From PVC group bacterium (GTDB taxonomy: Bacteria; Auribacterota; Erginobacteria; Erginobacterales; Erginobacteraceae), in assembly GCA_003561965.1 (NCBI GenBank), contig PWXJ01000123.1, positions 1 to 44,996 of the forward strand: a DNA stretch of 44,996 nucleotides. Direction: 5' to 3'. How positions within the stretch are numbered: position 1 is the stretch's first letter; every line of letters begins with the position of its first letter. Both the position numbers and the translations under genes were made by a program. Positions 44,829 through 44,996 of the stretch are shown here, in pieces. The notes under the pieces are model-generated. The model ran no database searches. It had not been told where the DNA came from and saw only the letters and a list, made by a program, of their open reading frames with translations.

Positions 44829-44996
44829 TGGAAAACCTGCGGATACTCTTCGAACTCTTCCCCTGGTCGATGATGGTCGGGGTGCTGATCGCGGCGGTCT
44901 GCTCGGCCCTGGGGGTTTACGTTATCCTCAAGCGGGTGGTCTTCATCGGGGTGGCCCTCTCCGAGGCCGCCGCCCTGGGAATCGCCGCCGGGATGA
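44828..44996 (+). CDS. znuB: Metal ABC transporter permease (N-terminal fragment; continues beyond the window)
   Basis: Its ATG overlaps the znuC stop (TGATG). The hydrophobic N-terminus MENLRILFELFPWSMMVGVLIAAVCSALGVYVILKR is typical of ZnuB/TroC-type permeases. Confidence 0.7.
   Translation, partial: MENLRILFELFPWSMMVGVLIAAVCSALGVYVILKRVVFIGVALSEAAALGIAAGM

Noticed and set aside
1-44996. Scan for tRNA/rRNA/tmRNA genes, transposases, integrases, toxin-antitoxin pairs and phage or defence-system genes.
   Set aside because: No intergenic region showed a recognisable tRNA cloverleaf (T-loop GTTCGAATC-type) or rRNA signature. No ORF translation resembled a transposase, integrase or known defence protein. 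Small structured RNAs cannot be excluded without covariance-model searches.

Overview
This is a visibly GC-rich chromosomal segment, roughly two-thirds G+C by eye, from a diderm bacterium. It has many outer-membrane beta-barrel and lipoprotein genes. I support about 45 protein-coding genes. I could not recognise any rRNA, tRNA, transposase, integrase, cas genes or a true CRISPR array. All protein family calls come from reading the translated ORFs by eye; no database search or structure prediction was run. Layout: (1) 1-10.7 kb is a glycan-modification island: a CgeB-like GT, a GT2, a GT1-like protein, two membrane-anchored arylsulfotransferase-like beta-propeller paralogs, a polysaccharide deacetylase, an acyltransferase-like protein and a lipoprotein esterase. 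(2) 10.9-28.5 kb is mostly housekeeping: GmhB-like phosphatase, msrAB, moaA/moaC/mog, MscS, mutM, two TPR paralogs, a ThiF/MoeB-like E1, glmS, mnmG, a queG-like gene and hisH/hisF. (3) 28.5-33.7 kb is an outer-membrane cluster with two FadL/PorV-like barrels, a TolB-like lipoprotein and another barrel. (4) 33.9-41.1 kb holds a sugar-phosphate isomerase, a korAB 2-oxoacid:ferredoxin oxidoreductase coupled to a cNMP-binding membrane protein, a large secreted repeat protein and ldh. (5) 41.1-45.0 kb is a metal (Zn-type) uptake operon with a His-rich outer-membrane barrel. The most interesting signals are non-coding. First, six DnaA-box-like 9-mers sit at 20427-20612 (candidate oriC or DnaA control region), close to glmS and mnmG(gidA). 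Second, two inverted arrays of a REP-like palindromic unit (core CACAGGCG, 8 copies each) bracket one outer-membrane gene; one array has an exact 80-bp higher-order period. Third, a family of tandem heptamers (CAGTAAT, CAGTGAT, GGAATAG) each carries a stop codon, so three copies place stops in all three frames at gene boundaries. Many long antisense ORFs in the track are GC-driven artefacts and were rejected.
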